64,000 nt of DNA, taken from the IMG/VR virus record IMGVR_UViG_3300021375_001810; one strand, given 5' to 3'. The first letter of the stretch is position 1. Every line of letters begins with the position of its first letter. The notes under the pieces were generated by a model. That model made no database searches. It saw nothing but the letters and a program-made list of their open reading frames with translations, and was not told the origin of the DNA. Of this stretch, positions 1-9,792 are shown piece by piece. A program made the translations under genes and the position numbers. The stretch comes from a virus.

Positions 1-1143
1 GATCAAAGAATATACGAAATTTTAGACAAAGAGGTTGATAGGCAAGCAACCACAATAGAATTAATTGCAAGTGAAAACTTTGCAAGTGATGCTGTAAGAG
101 ACTTGTCAGGAAGCGTGTTTACTAACAAATACGCAGAAGGTTATCCAGGTAATAGATATTACAACGGTTGTGATCATATGGACGAAATTGAAACATTGGC
201 CATAGAAGAACTAAAAAAGTTATATGGATGTGAATTTGCAAATGTACAACCGCATTGCGGAGCAAATGCTAACACCGCAGTTTATCAAGCATTTTTAAAG
301 CCCGGTGATACAATACTAGGTATGGATCTAGCAAGTGGCGGTCATTTAAGTCACGGTAGTAAACCAAACATATCTGGTAAGATCTATAACGCACACACTT
401 ATGGTGTTGACGAAATAACAGGGTTATTAGACTATGGTGCTATAATGGCACAGGCTAAAGAAGTACAACCTAAAATGATTGTTGCTGGTGCAAGTGCGTA
501 TCCAAGATCTATTGATTGGAGTTTATTCCGTGAAATTGCAGATAGTGTAGGAGCATTACTATTAGTTGATATGGCACACTATTCAGGACTTATTGCAGGT
601 AATGCATATCCTAGTCCGTTACCATATGCAGACATAGTAACAAGTACAACACACAAGACTCTTAGAGGCCCACGTGGCGGCATTATACTATGGAATAATC
701 CAGAATATACAAAACAAATTAATAGTGCAATATTTCCAGGAACACAAGGCGGGCCGTTGATGCATATCATTGCCGCTAAAGCACAATGTTTTTCTGAAGC
801 AAATACAGATGAGTTTAAAGAATATGCTCAACAAGTAGTACAGAATGCAAAGGCAATGTGTAGAGTGTTTTTAGAAAATGGATTAGAAGTACAAACTAAC
901 GGAACTGACAGTCACATTATTTTAATGGACTTGTCATCGAGTAAGTTTAGTGGTAGACAAGCAGCTGATTTGTTAGAAGCAAATGGTATTACTGTAAATA
1001 AAAACGGAGTTCCAAATGATCCTAGATCGTTTATTGAAACCAGTGGTATCAGAATAGGAACAGCAGCTGAAACTACACGAGGCCATGACGAAGCATGGTT
1101 TGGACACTTAGCACAACGAATATCAGACCTCTTAAAACAATAG
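1..1143 (+). CDS. glyA: Serine hydroxymethyltransferase (5' end truncated by window)
   Basis: Frame 1 is open from base 1 (DQRIYEILDKE..LIASENF). Motifs NKYAEGYPG, GGHLSHG, PLP-lysine TTHKTLRGPRGG, FPGTQGGP. Confidence 0.97.
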   Translation, partial: DQRIYEILDKEVDRQATTIELIASENFASDAVRDLSGSVFTNKYAEGYPGNRYYNGCDHMDEIETLAIEELKKLYGCEFANVQPHCGANANTAVYQAFLKPGDTILGMDLASGGHLSHGSKPNISGKIYNAHTYGVDEITGLLDYGAIMAQAKEVQPKMIVAGASAYPRSIDWSLFREIADSVGALLLVDMAHYSGLIAGNAYPSPLPYADIVTSTTHKTLRGPRGGIILWNNPEYTKQINSAIFPGTQGGPLMHIIAAKAQCFSEANTDEFKEYAQQVVQNAKAMCRVFLENGLEVQTNGTDSHIILMDLSSSKFSGRQAADLLEANGITVNKNGVPNDPRSFIETSGIRIGTAAETTRGHDEAWFGHLAQRISDLLKQ

Positions 1144-1155
1144 GAAAGGAACACA

Positions 1156-1380
1156 ATGCTGTGGGTAGATTACAATATTGAAAGTTTTCCAGACGGAAGT
1201 TTTACTGTAAAAGGAGAATGGCCTGGAGAAGTAATGGGTCGTCAATTAAATGGCGATAAAAAAGACCATTGGTTATACAAGCCAGGCGATGTTTTTATAG
1301 TAGATGAAAACGGAATCTTACGTAAGTCAGATCAGTTATCTGCATTAATAACAAAATACGAAAAAAATAATGAAGTGTAA
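1156..1380 (+). CDS. Hypothetical phage protein
   Basis: 74-aa ORF with AAGGA RBS, operonic spacing. Confidence 0.7.
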   Translation: MLWVDYNIESFPDGSFTVKGEWPGEVMGRQLNGDKKDHWLYKPGDVFIVDENGILRKSDQLSALITKYEKNNEV

Positions 1381-1669
1381 ACAAGGCGACTTAGCCGTTA
1401 TAAAATTTAGCATACGTCCAGAGAACATTGGGCGTATTGTTAAAGTAGCGGAACTTATAGGTCGCTACGAAGCTGGAACACAATTTGCATATAGAGGCAT
1501 GCCCTGTCAAGCCGCTGTTACAGACACTTATTGGTGGATTGAAGCAGACGATCTAAGCATACAGTTAGGGCCATCGCCTCGTGCATACATTCCGGATACA
1601 TGGTTAGAACCAATAAAACCAGAAGAAGAAAAAGCAGAAACAAAAGCTGAATTAGAATTCGAACTGTAG
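1370..1669 (+). CDS. Hypothetical phage protein
   Basis: 99-aa ORF overlapping the upstream gene; CKxGDLA N-terminus. Confidence 0.7.
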   Translation: MKCKQGDLAVIKFSIRPENIGRIVKVAELIGRYEAGTQFAYRGMPCQAAVTDTYWWIEADDLSIQLGPSPRAYIPDTWLEPIKPEEEKAETKAELEFEL

Positions 1670-1681
1670 AAAGGATAGGCC

Positions 1682-1897
1682 ATGAAGCCTAACAAAAATT
1701 TTAGTCTTGAAGTACGAGACATAGAGATTATTGAACAAGCATTAAGAGCCAAGGCAGGACGTAGGGGACTTGCTATTGCACAAGGCGAAACATCACCTCA
1801 GCTCAAAGAAGAAATGCATGAGATACAAGAACTCCTTGGACGCATACATAATCAAAAGAATTGGTATACTCCAAAAGAATTTGTTCCAGGTGGTTGA
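1682..1897 (+). CDS. Hypothetical phage protein
   Basis: 71-aa ORF with AAGGA RBS. Confidence 0.7.
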   Translation: MKPNKNFSLEVRDIEIIEQALRAKAGRRGLAIAQGETSPQLKEEMHEIQELLGRIHNQKNWYTPKEFVPGG

Positions 1898-1924
1898 CAA
1901 ACACAAAAAATGACTGTATAAATA
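1894..1924 (+). promoter_or_regulatory. Composite sigma70-like / late-like promoter for the tmRNA
   Basis: TTGACA 1894-1899, 17 bp, TATAAA; the -10 lies inside TATAAATA (1917-1924). Confidence 0.7.
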
Positions 1925-1927
1925 TAA

Positions 1928-2215
1928 CTGTAACGTTGAAGCAAATCAAACGCTATACAGGACCCGGGGGCAGTACCCGGCGACTCCACCAAAAATACAT
2001 TCTGCTTACTGTATAGCAGAAGCAACAGGCTGATAAACTGGGAATGTATTTTTGATGGGGTCGAACTAGGATCGACTGGTAGTTAATAGACAAGTGGAGT
2101 TGCCCGGCGCAAGCACGGTTATCGCAAGAAAACAAATAGAAGCAAACGAAAACTTCGCATTAGCAGCCTAAGGGCTACTACGAGGTAGTTAGACCTTGTT
2201 ACCAAACATAGCAGG
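1928..2215 (+). ncRNA. ssrA: Circularly permuted (two-piece) tmRNA; tag peptide (A)ANENFALAA
   Basis: The acceptor piece ends CCGGGGGCAGTACCCGG-CGACTCC-A-CCA at 1991. A hairpinned intervening segment follows (1992-2056). The coding piece starts GGGGTCGAACTAGGATCGAC at 2057, forming a 7-bp acceptor stem with G3.U70. The tag ORF is 2142-2171. Outer ends approximate. Confidence 0.93.
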
Positions 2216-2250
2216 AAAGGTGTTGCAGAGATGTAACACCTTTTTCTTTT
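2216..2250 (+). terminator. Intrinsic terminator after tmRNA
   Basis: AAAGGTGTTGCA-GAGA-TGTAACACCTTT followed by T-rich tail. Confidence 0.85.
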
Positions 2251-2355
2251 ATTCTTTCACTCTTGCACAATAAGAGTGCATAAATGATAACTATTAATGT
2301 GAGCAACACAATCCCACCTCGCTCACTAATAAGAATAATAAAAGGAAACTAATCA

Positions 2356-2763
2356 ATGCGTACAACCGTACTAGCAATCGTAGCCGCTCTGGCTACTACA
2401 TCAGTAAGTGCAGCAGATCTAGGTATAGCCGGACTGTCACTTAACACAGAAGTAAAAGCATTTCACAAAGTAGATGCAGAAACTAATCACATTACAGTAG
2501 AGCCAGAATTACGTTGGACACCTAATGCAGGTCCGTTATCAATGTATGGCGAAGTTCCGTTAACAGTGTATGAAACAGATCACGCATCAGGCGATGATTT
2601 TGCTGTAACAAACATTTGGGACGAAGGTCATAAGCCAACACTAGAACTTGGTGTTGATTATACTATCAATTCAAGCACAATGGCATATGCCGAAACAACA
2701 TACGACTACAATAAAGACAAAGGTCGTGGTGAAATTGAAATTGGTGTAGCGTTTAACTTCTAA
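2356..2763 (+). CDS. Small outer-membrane beta-barrel protein
   Basis: Sec signal peptide (..SVSA/AD), amphipathic strands, C-terminal BAM-type signal EIGVAFNF. Confidence 0.7.
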   Translation: MRTTVLAIVAALATTSVSAADLGIAGLSLNTEVKAFHKVDAETNHITVEPELRWTPNAGPLSMYGEVPLTVYETDHASGDDFAVTNIWDEGHKPTLELGVDYTINSSTMAYAETTYDYNKDKGRGEIEIGVAFNF

Positions 2764-2780
2764 GTAAAATACTGCAACTT

Positions 2781-2808
2781 AAAAGGTCGCTTTATGCGGC
2801 CTTTTTTT
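2781..2808 (+). terminator. Intrinsic terminator
   Basis: AAAAGGTCGC-TTTAT-GCGGCCTTTTTTT. Confidence 0.8.
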
Positions 2809-2855
2809 ATGGCTAAATAATACGGGCATATAATTATTACAAAGCGAGGGCAAGT

Positions 2856-3293
2856 ATGTACGAATATAAATGTAAAGTATTAAGAGTAGTCGATGGAGAC
2901 ACTGTCGATATAGATATTGATTTAGGGTTTGGAATGTGGATGCACAAAGAGCGTGTTCGTATAATGGGCATAGATACGCCTGAGTCAAGAACAAGAGATA
3001 AAGTAGAAAAAGCATTTGGATTAGCATCAAAAGCAAGACTAAAAGAAATGTTACCAATTGGATCAATTCAACATCTTAAAACAGAAATTGATAGAAGTGG
3101 CGAAGATAAAAGAGGAAAGTTTGGAAGAATCCTTGGAGACTTTATTATAGACGATAAGCGAGTTACTGAAGTACTTGTTGAAGAAGGATATGCTGTAGCA
3201 TATTTTGGCGGATCAAAAGAAGAAGTTGAAATGAAGCACATGGCAAATAGAGAAAAACTTCTACGTGAAGGTAAAGTAACATTACCAAAATAG
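2856..3293 (+). CDS. Thermonuclease (SNase-like) family protein
   Basis: VVDGDT, RIMGIDTPE, KFGRILG motifs. Confidence 0.9.
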   Translation: MYEYKCKVLRVVDGDTVDIDIDLGFGMWMHKERVRIMGIDTPESRTRDKVEKAFGLASKARLKEMLPIGSIQHLKTEIDRSGEDKRGKFGRILGDFIIDDKRVTEVLVEEGYAVAYFGGSKEEVEMKHMANREKLLREGKVTLPK

Positions 3294-3294
3294 A

Positions 3295-3323
3295 TTGACA
3301 TTAGTGTTTACTCGTGTTATAGT
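3295..3323 (+). promoter_or_regulatory. sigma70-like promoter
   Basis: TTGACA-17-TATAGT. Confidence 0.7.
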
Positions 3324-3354
3324 ATTACTATAATAAAGGCACGAGGTAGGCACA

Positions 3355-3807
3355 ATGACAATGCATCTAGCGAGAGGTCTTAGTACTATTAGTACTAAGA
3401 AACGTAAGAAGAAAGCTCTTACACAAAAGGATATCGATCGATATACTATCGAATGGCGCAAGCATAACAAATCTATGCGCCGAGCAAACAATCACTCATT
3501 ACAATACGATACAGTAGACGACTACATTTCGTATGTGAGAGGTGAATATAAAGCGCCAGTAAAAAGTAGAGGCACATACACTCCTGATTCATCCTGGCGA
3601 AGAGATGAAACAAAGATTCCTTCTGCAATGGAAGAAGCAATCAAGAATGGTACATTCAATAGAGGATGTTCGGGCGGTACTAAAAAAGAAACACCTAAGT
3701 ATACAGGTGATCTTATTGTAGGCATTGCAACAATGCATAAATCAAATGCTGTTCCTGTAATGCGTGGAACAGATCAAGCAAAAGAAATTGCAAGGATGAG
3801 GAGATAA
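3355..3807 (+). CDS. Basic hypothetical phage protein
   Basis: 150 aa, RBS GAGG; C-terminal YTGDLIVGIATMHKSNAVPV motif. Confidence 0.75.
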   Translation: MTMHLARGLSTISTKKRKKKALTQKDIDRYTIEWRKHNKSMRRANNHSLQYDTVDDYISYVRGEYKAPVKSRGTYTPDSSWRRDETKIPSAMEEAIKNGTFNRGCSGGTKKETPKYTGDLIVGIATMHKSNAVPVMRGTDQAKEIARMRR

Positions 3808-3809
3808 TT

Positions 3810-4391
3810 ATGATTAAGATTATAAATTGGGTTGCAGGCGTTGGGGTGTTGACACTTGGATTAATTGGATCAACTGTAGCATACCCTTCAACTTTCCAAG
3901 ATCCAGTACCAGGCGAACTTTTTACAGAAAAAGACCAGCCTGAGTTATATTGTTTAGCAATGAATATCTATCATGAAGCAAGAGCAGACAACTTAGCAGG
4001 TCAGTATGCTGTTGCTGATGTAGTTTTAAATCGTGTAAAGGATACACGTTATCCGAATACTATTTGTGAAGTAGTAAAGGACGGAAAGTATAAGGAAAGT
4101 TGGAAAACAAAACAATATCCTGAACTGCTTGATAGCGAACGTAAGTATATTCCTATTAGAAATAAATGTCAATTTAGTTGGTGGTGTGATGGCAGAAGCG
4201 ACACAGCATTTGATATTGATTCGTGGATGCGAGCTCAAGACATTGCTGAGAGATTAGTATATGTAGGTTCTTATAGAGGTATTACTGAAGGTGCTACTCA
4301 CTATCATGCAACGTATGTTTCACCTATATGGGCGTCCGAACTTGATCAGATTGGTCGAATTGGATCACACATTTTTTATAGGTGGCACTAA
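3810..4391 (+). CDS. Cell wall hydrolase (SleB/Hydrolase_2 family)
   Basis: CLAMNIYHEAR, VVLNRV, CQFSW, GATHYHA, IGSHIFY; N-terminal signal/TM. Confidence 0.92.
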   Translation: MIKIINWVAGVGVLTLGLIGSTVAYPSTFQDPVPGELFTEKDQPELYCLAMNIYHEARADNLAGQYAVADVVLNRVKDTRYPNTICEVVKDGKYKESWKTKQYPELLDSERKYIPIRNKCQFSWWCDGRSDTAFDIDSWMRAQDIAERLVYVGSYRGITEGATHYHATYVSPIWASELDQIGRIGSHIFYRWH

Positions 4392-4469
4392 GTTAACCAA
4401 AAGTGGTTGACTAATCTTCTATACTATAGTATAGTATAACAATAAACTAATAGGCTAATGGAGGCTAAA

Positions 4470-4985
4470 ATGAAAGGCGTAATTCAAAAAGCAACACTAG
4501 TAGGTATGATAATTACCCTAGGTGCATGTTCATCAATGACAACAATTGATGTACGAGAAACAAAAGCAAATCCCAAATGGTACGCAGATTGTGAACAAAT
4601 TGGATCTGAAGGATTCTTATTTTGGAAAGATAAATTCGCTTATGCATGTGGTATGGGCGAAAGCAAATACGAACAAGCAAGTGAGTCACAAGCATACGCA
4701 TTTGCAGTAAAAGGGTTTGCTGAACGTATCAACGGAGTTGTAAACAGCTCAACAGTAGTTGATATCTCAGGAGATTCTAAACAAGATAGAACTCGAGTAG
4801 AGCATCTTGTTAAAGACACAACAATTAGAGAACATCTTGAAGTTAAGAAGTATTCATACGAACTTGCAAGTACAGGCAGAGTTCATACGTATGTAAGAAT
4901 CAAGATGCCACTTGAAACTTTCGACCAATTGATTGCAGAGGCTAATAATGCTCAAGTATCTTCTACTCAGTCTAATAGTAATTAG
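4470..4985 (+). CDS. Lipoprotein (LPP20-like)
   Basis: Lipobox LGAC; RBS GGAGG supports start 4470. Confidence 0.7.
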   Translation: MKGVIQKATLVGMIITLGACSSMTTIDVRETKANPKWYADCEQIGSEGFLFWKDKFAYACGMGESKYEQASESQAYAFAVKGFAERINGVVNSSTVVDISGDSKQDRTRVEHLVKDTTIREHLEVKKYSYELASTGRVHTYVRIKMPLETFDQLIAEANNAQVSSTQSNSN

Positions 4986-5280
4986 TAGTGCAGGGTGTTC
5001 AATCACACCCGACTACTACGACTATGATGCACCGTATTGTTACACCGACCAGACTATTAAAATGGAACAAGGTCAAACAGTAGATAGTGAAACTGTTTTA
5101 GAGTGTACTGATCGACCTGGTACGCAAATGGAAATTGCAAGAGCAGGAATTGATAAAGGGTGCGAAGAATTTTGGTATAACGAAACCCGTTGGGGTAAAC
5201 TAACAAAAGTAAGAGGAGTAAGATGTGAGAAACTTGACGGCAGTTGGGAAATTCTTAACATTAACGGTACTGTTAACTAG
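4948..5280 (+). CDS. Cys-rich lipoprotein
   Basis: Lipobox SAGC; four further Cys. Confidence 0.65.
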   Translation: MLKYLLLSLIVISSAGCSITPDYYDYDAPYCYTDQTIKMEQGQTVDSETVLECTDRPGTQMEIARAGIDKGCEEFWYNETRWGKLTKVRGVRCEKLDGSWEILNINGTVN

Positions 5281-5662
5281 TTTAGGAGCCTGTTCTACAA
5301 CTACTCCTTATCAGCAAAGTAAAAGTATCTCAAGTAGTGCTGAGATGAATTATGCTAACGGTGGAGTAGTTACTACAGTTTTTAATCTTAGTAAGTATCA
5401 GTGGTTTCGGCTAACCGACGAGCAAAAACGTAAACAGAATAGTGCAATACAAGCGGCACTTGAAAGCGATTACGGTGTAGTATATAACTGGTATGAAAGT
5501 ACAGCAAAAGGAAGTGTAAAAACCGTTCATGGTTATCCTATGAGTAGCGGGTTTTGTAAAGTAATTTACAGTACAATTACAGTTAAAGGTAAAACACGTA
5601 ATTTTGAAGAAACTGGATGCCAAGACGTCGGACACGATGGTTGGAGATTCCTTGTTAGGTAA
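5225..5662 (+). CDS. Lipoprotein with 17-kDa surface-antigen-like (RT0821/Lpp0805) domain
   Basis: Lipobox LGAC; ALE..G....W.....G, paired Cys, C-terminal GC....DGW. Confidence 0.65.
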   Translation: MRNLTAVGKFLTLTVLLTSLGACSTTTPYQQSKSISSSAEMNYANGGVVTTVFNLSKYQWFRLTDEQKRKQNSAIQAALESDYGVVYNWYESTAKGSVKTVHGYPMSSGFCKVIYSTITVKGKTRNFEETGCQDVGHDGWRFLVR

Positions 5663-5728
5663 ACACAACACTTTATTATGAGCCAAAATACCGATAAATA
5701 CAACATAGAGATCTCCGGGAGAGGAAAC

Positions 5729-7408
5729 ATGTTGTTAGCGATACTAACATTAATCACTGCTCTAAGCATTTCAGCGGTGGCGATATACTATTCAGTAGCA
5801 GGTTTGGTTGCTATTTTTGCGGCTGCCGCACTTCCTATTATGATTATGGGTGGGGTACTAGAAGTTGGTAAACTAGTAACGGCTGTTTGGTTACACAAAT
5901 ATTGGAAGAAGGCTTCCTGGTGGCTTAAAGGTTATCTAAGTGTAGCCGTCTTTGTACTCATGCTTATAACAAGTATGGGTATTTTCGGCTTTTTAAGTAA
6001 AGCCCATATTGAACAAACAAGTGCTGGCGAAGAAAGTGTTGCTCAAGTAGAACGCATTGATGATGAAATAACAAGATACATTAGTGTTATTGGCCGTGCA
6101 GAAAACAAAATTAGAGAACTAGAGTCAAGCACATTCAACAACGACTCACAAATACAAGAACAGATTGATAAAGAACAGACACGTATTGACACAGCATACG
6201 ATCGTATTAATCCTGCAATTAAAGAACAGAATGATATAATTGCAAACGTAACACAATTATTCCAAAACGAATTAGATAAAATTGATGCAGACCTAGAAAC
6301 ACTTCAAGGTTATGTAGACAATGGCGAAGTTAAAAAAGCACAACAAATGATTGGTGCTAGTGCAGATGGTATCTTTGGTAAAAAGACAGCAGAAAAGATC
6401 GGCGACTGGAAAGACGAAAAGAAAGAAGAACGTGCAGAATGGGTAGTAAAGATTCAAGAAGCCGCAAGTTCGCCTACAGTAATAGCGGCACGTGAAGAAA
6501 TTAAAAGATTAAGAACTGTTGCAGAAGATAACATTAAACAGTCAAACGAACTTATTAATAGACTAAGAAGTAAACTAGGAACAGACAATGTTAATCTTGA
6601 TGAGTTACTAGATGAACAGTTTGAAAGAGTTCGCACAGCAAACGCAGAAATTGAAGTCCTAACTGATGAAAAGTTTGAACTAGAAGCAGAATACAGAAAA
6701 CTAGAAGCAGAAGTAGGACCTATCAAATACATTGCTGAGTTTGTATACGGCGAAAGTGCTGATCGCAATATGTTAGAAGAAGCAGTACGTTGGGTTATTA
6801 TTACAATTATATTTGTATTTGATCCACTTGCTGTACTATTACTTATAGCAAGTCAGTATACATTTGAATGGGGTAGAAAACGTAAGCCCGCACTTGATAA
6901 CGATGAATGGAAAGACTACGAACGAATGAGAGCAGAAGTAATAGCTTCTAATGTTCCGCCATCGTTTGAACCAGAACCAGAAGAGATTATAGGTGACACT
7001 GAGGATAAACTTCCTGAAGTAGAAGATCTAAAAGAAGTAGAAGTAGATCCAGAACCGAAAAAAAAAGATATAAAATTATCGGAAGAATTAGTAGAGGATC
7101 GTCAAAAGAAACTTGATGAACAAGATACACAAGATTGGGAAACTGCTAAACAAGCATGGAAAGACGAGAATCCTACATTAACTTTAAAGATATACAAACA
7201 ATTATATCTGGAAGGTAAGATAGACGAGTTACCGTGGGAAAAACATTTTACTCCGCAAAAGTTTATGATTAAAGATAATAACAAACAAATCAAACTGGAA
7301 ACAGAACCACAACAAGAACAACCATCCGAGGGCCAAGGATATATACAGAACGAAGAACAAAACTCTTCAGACAGTAAATGGAAAAACATCAGGCCCAAAG
7401 ATGAGTGA
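5729..7408 (+). CDS. Multi-pass membrane protein with long coiled coil and peptidoglycan-binding-like motif
   Basis: Three N-terminal TM segments, coiled coil, AQQMIGASADGIFGKKT, further TM (FVFDPLAVLLLIA), acidic tail. Confidence 0.75.
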   Translation: MLLAILTLITALSISAVAIYYSVAGLVAIFAAAALPIMIMGGVLEVGKLVTAVWLHKYWKKASWWLKGYLSVAVFVLMLITSMGIFGFLSKAHIEQTSAGEESVAQVERIDDEITRYISVIGRAENKIRELESSTFNNDSQIQEQIDKEQTRIDTAYDRINPAIKEQNDIIANVTQLFQNELDKIDADLETLQGYVDNGEVKKAQQMIGASADGIFGKKTAEKIGDWKDEKKEERAEWVVKIQEAASSPTVIAAREEIKRLRTVAEDNIKQSNELINRLRSKLGTDNVNLDELLDEQFERVRTANAEIEVLTDEKFELEAEYRKLEAEVGPIKYIAEFVYGESADRNMLEEAVRWVIITIIFVFDPLAVLLLIASQYTFEWGRKRKPALDNDEWKDYERMRAEVIASNVPPSFEPEPEEIIGDTEDKLPEVEDLKEVEVDPEPKKKDIKLSEELVEDRQKKLDEQDTQDWETAKQAWKDENPTLTLKIYKQLYLEGKIDELPWEKHFTPQKFMIKDNNKQIKLETEPQQEQPSEGQGYIQNEEQNSSDSKWKNIRPKDE

Positions 7409-7799
7409 TATAACATTAGTTACACCACCAGACAAGTACTACACTAGCGAACCAAGTTTTCTTTTAGTGTATCCTAGTGAAGTTATTAAAGAACAGTTTA
7501 ATGACTTTGTTCAGCAATATAACATTCCATTTGTAGTTTACCTATACGAACAGAAAGAACCCAATCATGAACCAGAATGGCTTATGGATACCTTTCATGC
7601 CGCGGACTATGTTATCATAGATATTGATAACTGTGACCCAAAAGTAAAAGATTTCACATCATATTTTATTTCCAAAAACAAAACTTTTTGGTTGACAAAC
7701 AGTGGTGAAAACATGTATAATGTATTATCAAAGAATAGATTATATAATTTAGACTTTTTAACTGCAACAATCGGAGGACAGTTTGAGAAGAAACAATAG
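7401..7799 (+). CDS. Hypothetical protein
   Basis: 132-aa operonic ORF. Confidence 0.7.
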   Translation: MSDITLVTPPDKYYTSEPSFLLVYPSEVIKEQFNDFVQQYNIPFVVYLYEQKEPNHEPEWLMDTFHAADYVIIDIDNCDPKVKDFTSYFISKNKTFWLTNSGENMYNVLSKNRLYNLDFLTATIGGQFEKKQ

Positions 7800-8064
7800 A
7801 AAAAACGACAACAGCCAATCATTTGGAAATGGTTTAACTGTTGAAGTAAGAAACGGCGATTTTAATAAAGCACTAAGAATTTTCAAAAAGAAAGTTATGG
7901 AGGCTGGAATTATTCAAGAAGTCCGTGACAGACAAGAATACACAAAGCCTAGCGAAAAACGTGCAAAAGCAAAAGCGGCGGGCAGAGCTCGTTGGATGAA
8001 GAAACAACGTCAAATGGAAATGGACGGTAAGTTACCTCCGTCACAGATTAAACGTAGGAAGTAG
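7783..8064 (+). CDS. rpsU: 30S ribosomal protein bS21
   Basis: VEVRNGDFNKALRIFKKK..GIIQEVRDRQEYTKPSEKR. TTG start after GGAGG; promoter TTGACA 7692 / TATAAT 7716. Confidence 0.9.
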   Translation: MRRNNRKNDNSQSFGNGLTVEVRNGDFNKALRIFKKKVMEAGIIQEVRDRQEYTKPSEKRAKAKAAGRARWMKKQRQMEMDGKLPPSQIKRRK

Positions 8065-8066
8065 TC

Positions 8067-8642
8067 ATGGCAATGCATACGGAACTATGGTTTCCGAGTG
8101 TTATCTGGAGCTCGATCATTCACGTAGTTAATAACGATGAACTTAAGAAGTTTGCGTATCAACGTAAGCAAACTGATAAAGGTAGGGTTATTAGTAATTA
8201 CGGAGGTTGGCAAAGTAACGATATAAAGCCAGGCGAGTCTGATCAAATCGATCGTTTAGTAAAAACCCTCAATGAAGAAATGAAAACTTGTGCCACACAA
8301 GTTGGTTTAAAAGAATGTGAAATATATAACATTTGGATAAACATTAATCCTCCACACAGTTATAATCACTTACACAACCATGTAGGTAGTGTATTAAGTG
8401 GAGTATATTATGTTGATGCAGAGAATCAAGGTAATATACAATTTGAAAGAAACGATGGCGGCGAATATCATATCCCCTATGATATTGCACAAGAAACCTA
8501 CTATACAAGTACAAGAGCAACATATGCCGCTAAGACTAATGCATTGTACATTTTTCCTGGATGGCTTAAACATAGTGTTCAAGGAAACATTGGAACAACT
8601 GACAGAATCAGTGTTTCATTTAACTACGGCGAAAAAAAGTAA
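8067..8642 (+). CDS. 2OG-Fe(II) oxygenase-like protein (TIGR02466-like)
   Basis: WININ, HNH, LSGVYY, FPGWLKHSV, RISVSFN. Confidence 0.85.
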   Translation: MAMHTELWFPSVIWSSIIHVVNNDELKKFAYQRKQTDKGRVISNYGGWQSNDIKPGESDQIDRLVKTLNEEMKTCATQVGLKECEIYNIWININPPHSYNHLHNHVGSVLSGVYYVDAENQGNIQFERNDGGEYHIPYDIAQETYYTSTRATYAAKTNALYIFPGWLKHSVQGNIGTTDRISVSFNYGEKK

Positions 8643-8654
8643 AAAGGTAGAATA

Positions 8655-9788
8655 ATGCGTATTGAACAAGATATAAAACTTGACTACAAAGATGTTCTGA
8701 TTAGACCTAAACGATCCATACTAGGTAGTCGCAAGGAAGTAAACTTAGATCGTAAATTTACATATAGGAATTATAATCCACCATTTCCAGATAATTCCGC
8801 TGAATATCATTATAGTGGTATTCCAATTATTGCAAGTAACATGGATGGTGTCGGTACAATGGAAATGGCAGACACACTTGCACAACAAAACATCCTAACT
8901 TGTCTTGTTAAAACATATAGTGAGGACGAACTTGTAAATTACTTCAACGGTGACGTACTAGTTAATAACAACAGAGTAGAACGTACAGAGTATGTTGCTA
9001 TGAGTATTGGCATTACAGATAATGATTATAGTAAGTTCAAAGAAGTATACGAACAAGTTGGATATAAATTAAAGTATGTTTGCGTTGATGTAGCAAATGG
9101 CTACTCAGAAAGGTTTGCAACATTTGTAAGAGGGTTGCGTAATAATTATCCACATATTGTTATTATTGCAGGCAACGTAGTTACAGGAGAAATGACGGAG
9201 GAATTGATTCTTGCAGGAGCAGATATTGTTAAGGTTGGCATTGGTCCTGGTAGTGTTTGTACTACTCGGATACAAACTGGTGTGGGGTATCCGCAACTAT
9301 CGGCGGTTATTGAATGCGCCGATGCGGCACACGGTCTCGGTGGTCATATTATCGCTGACGGCGGATGTACTTGCCCTGGCGATGTTGCCAAGGCTTTTGC
9401 CGGAGGCGCTGACTTTGTTATGCTGGGAGGTATGTTAGCAGGACACGACGAAGGCGGTGGTGAAGTAATTGTAAAGCAATTTGAAACAAACGAAATTATT
9501 CAAACACAGAAAAAAATTGTACAAGAAAAATATGTACAGTTTTACGGAATGAGCTCAAATGCCGCAAACGAAAAACACTTTGGTGGATTAAAAGAATACC
9601 GTAGTAGCGAAGGACGAGAAGTATTGGTTCCATATCGCGGCAAGGTAAAGCACACAATACAAGACCTATTAGGCGGTGTAAGAAGCACTTGTACCTATGC
9701 AGGTGCAGTAGGACTTAAACAACTCAGTAAGTGTACTACATTTGTACGTTGTACACAACAGTTTAACGCGGTTTACGCAGGAAAGTAA
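8655..9788 (+). CDS. guaC: GMP reductase
   Basis: [42 protein letters not shown]. Confidence 0.96.
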   Translation: MRIEQDIKLDYKDVLIRPKRSILGSRKEVNLDRKFTYRNYNPPFPDNSAEYHYSGIPIIASNMDGVGTMEMADTLAQQNILTCLVKTYSEDELVNYFNGDVLVNNNRVERTEYVAMSIGITDNDYSKFKEVYEQVGYKLKYVCVDVANGYSERFATFVRGLRNNYPHIVIIAGNVVTGEMTEELILAGADIVKVGIGPGSVCTTRIQTGVGYPQLSAVIECADAAHGLGGHIIADGGCTCPGDVAKAFAGGADFVMLGGMLAGHDEGGGEVIVKQFETNEIIQTQKKIVQEKYVQFYGMSSNAANEKHFGGLKEYRSSEGREVLVPYRGKVKHTIQDLLGGVRSTCTYAGAVGLKQLSKCTTFVRCTQQFNAVYAGK

Positions 9789-9792
9789 TATC

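Noticed and set aside
1953-2135. 60-aa minus-strand ORF
   Set aside because: Antisense shadow of the tmRNA
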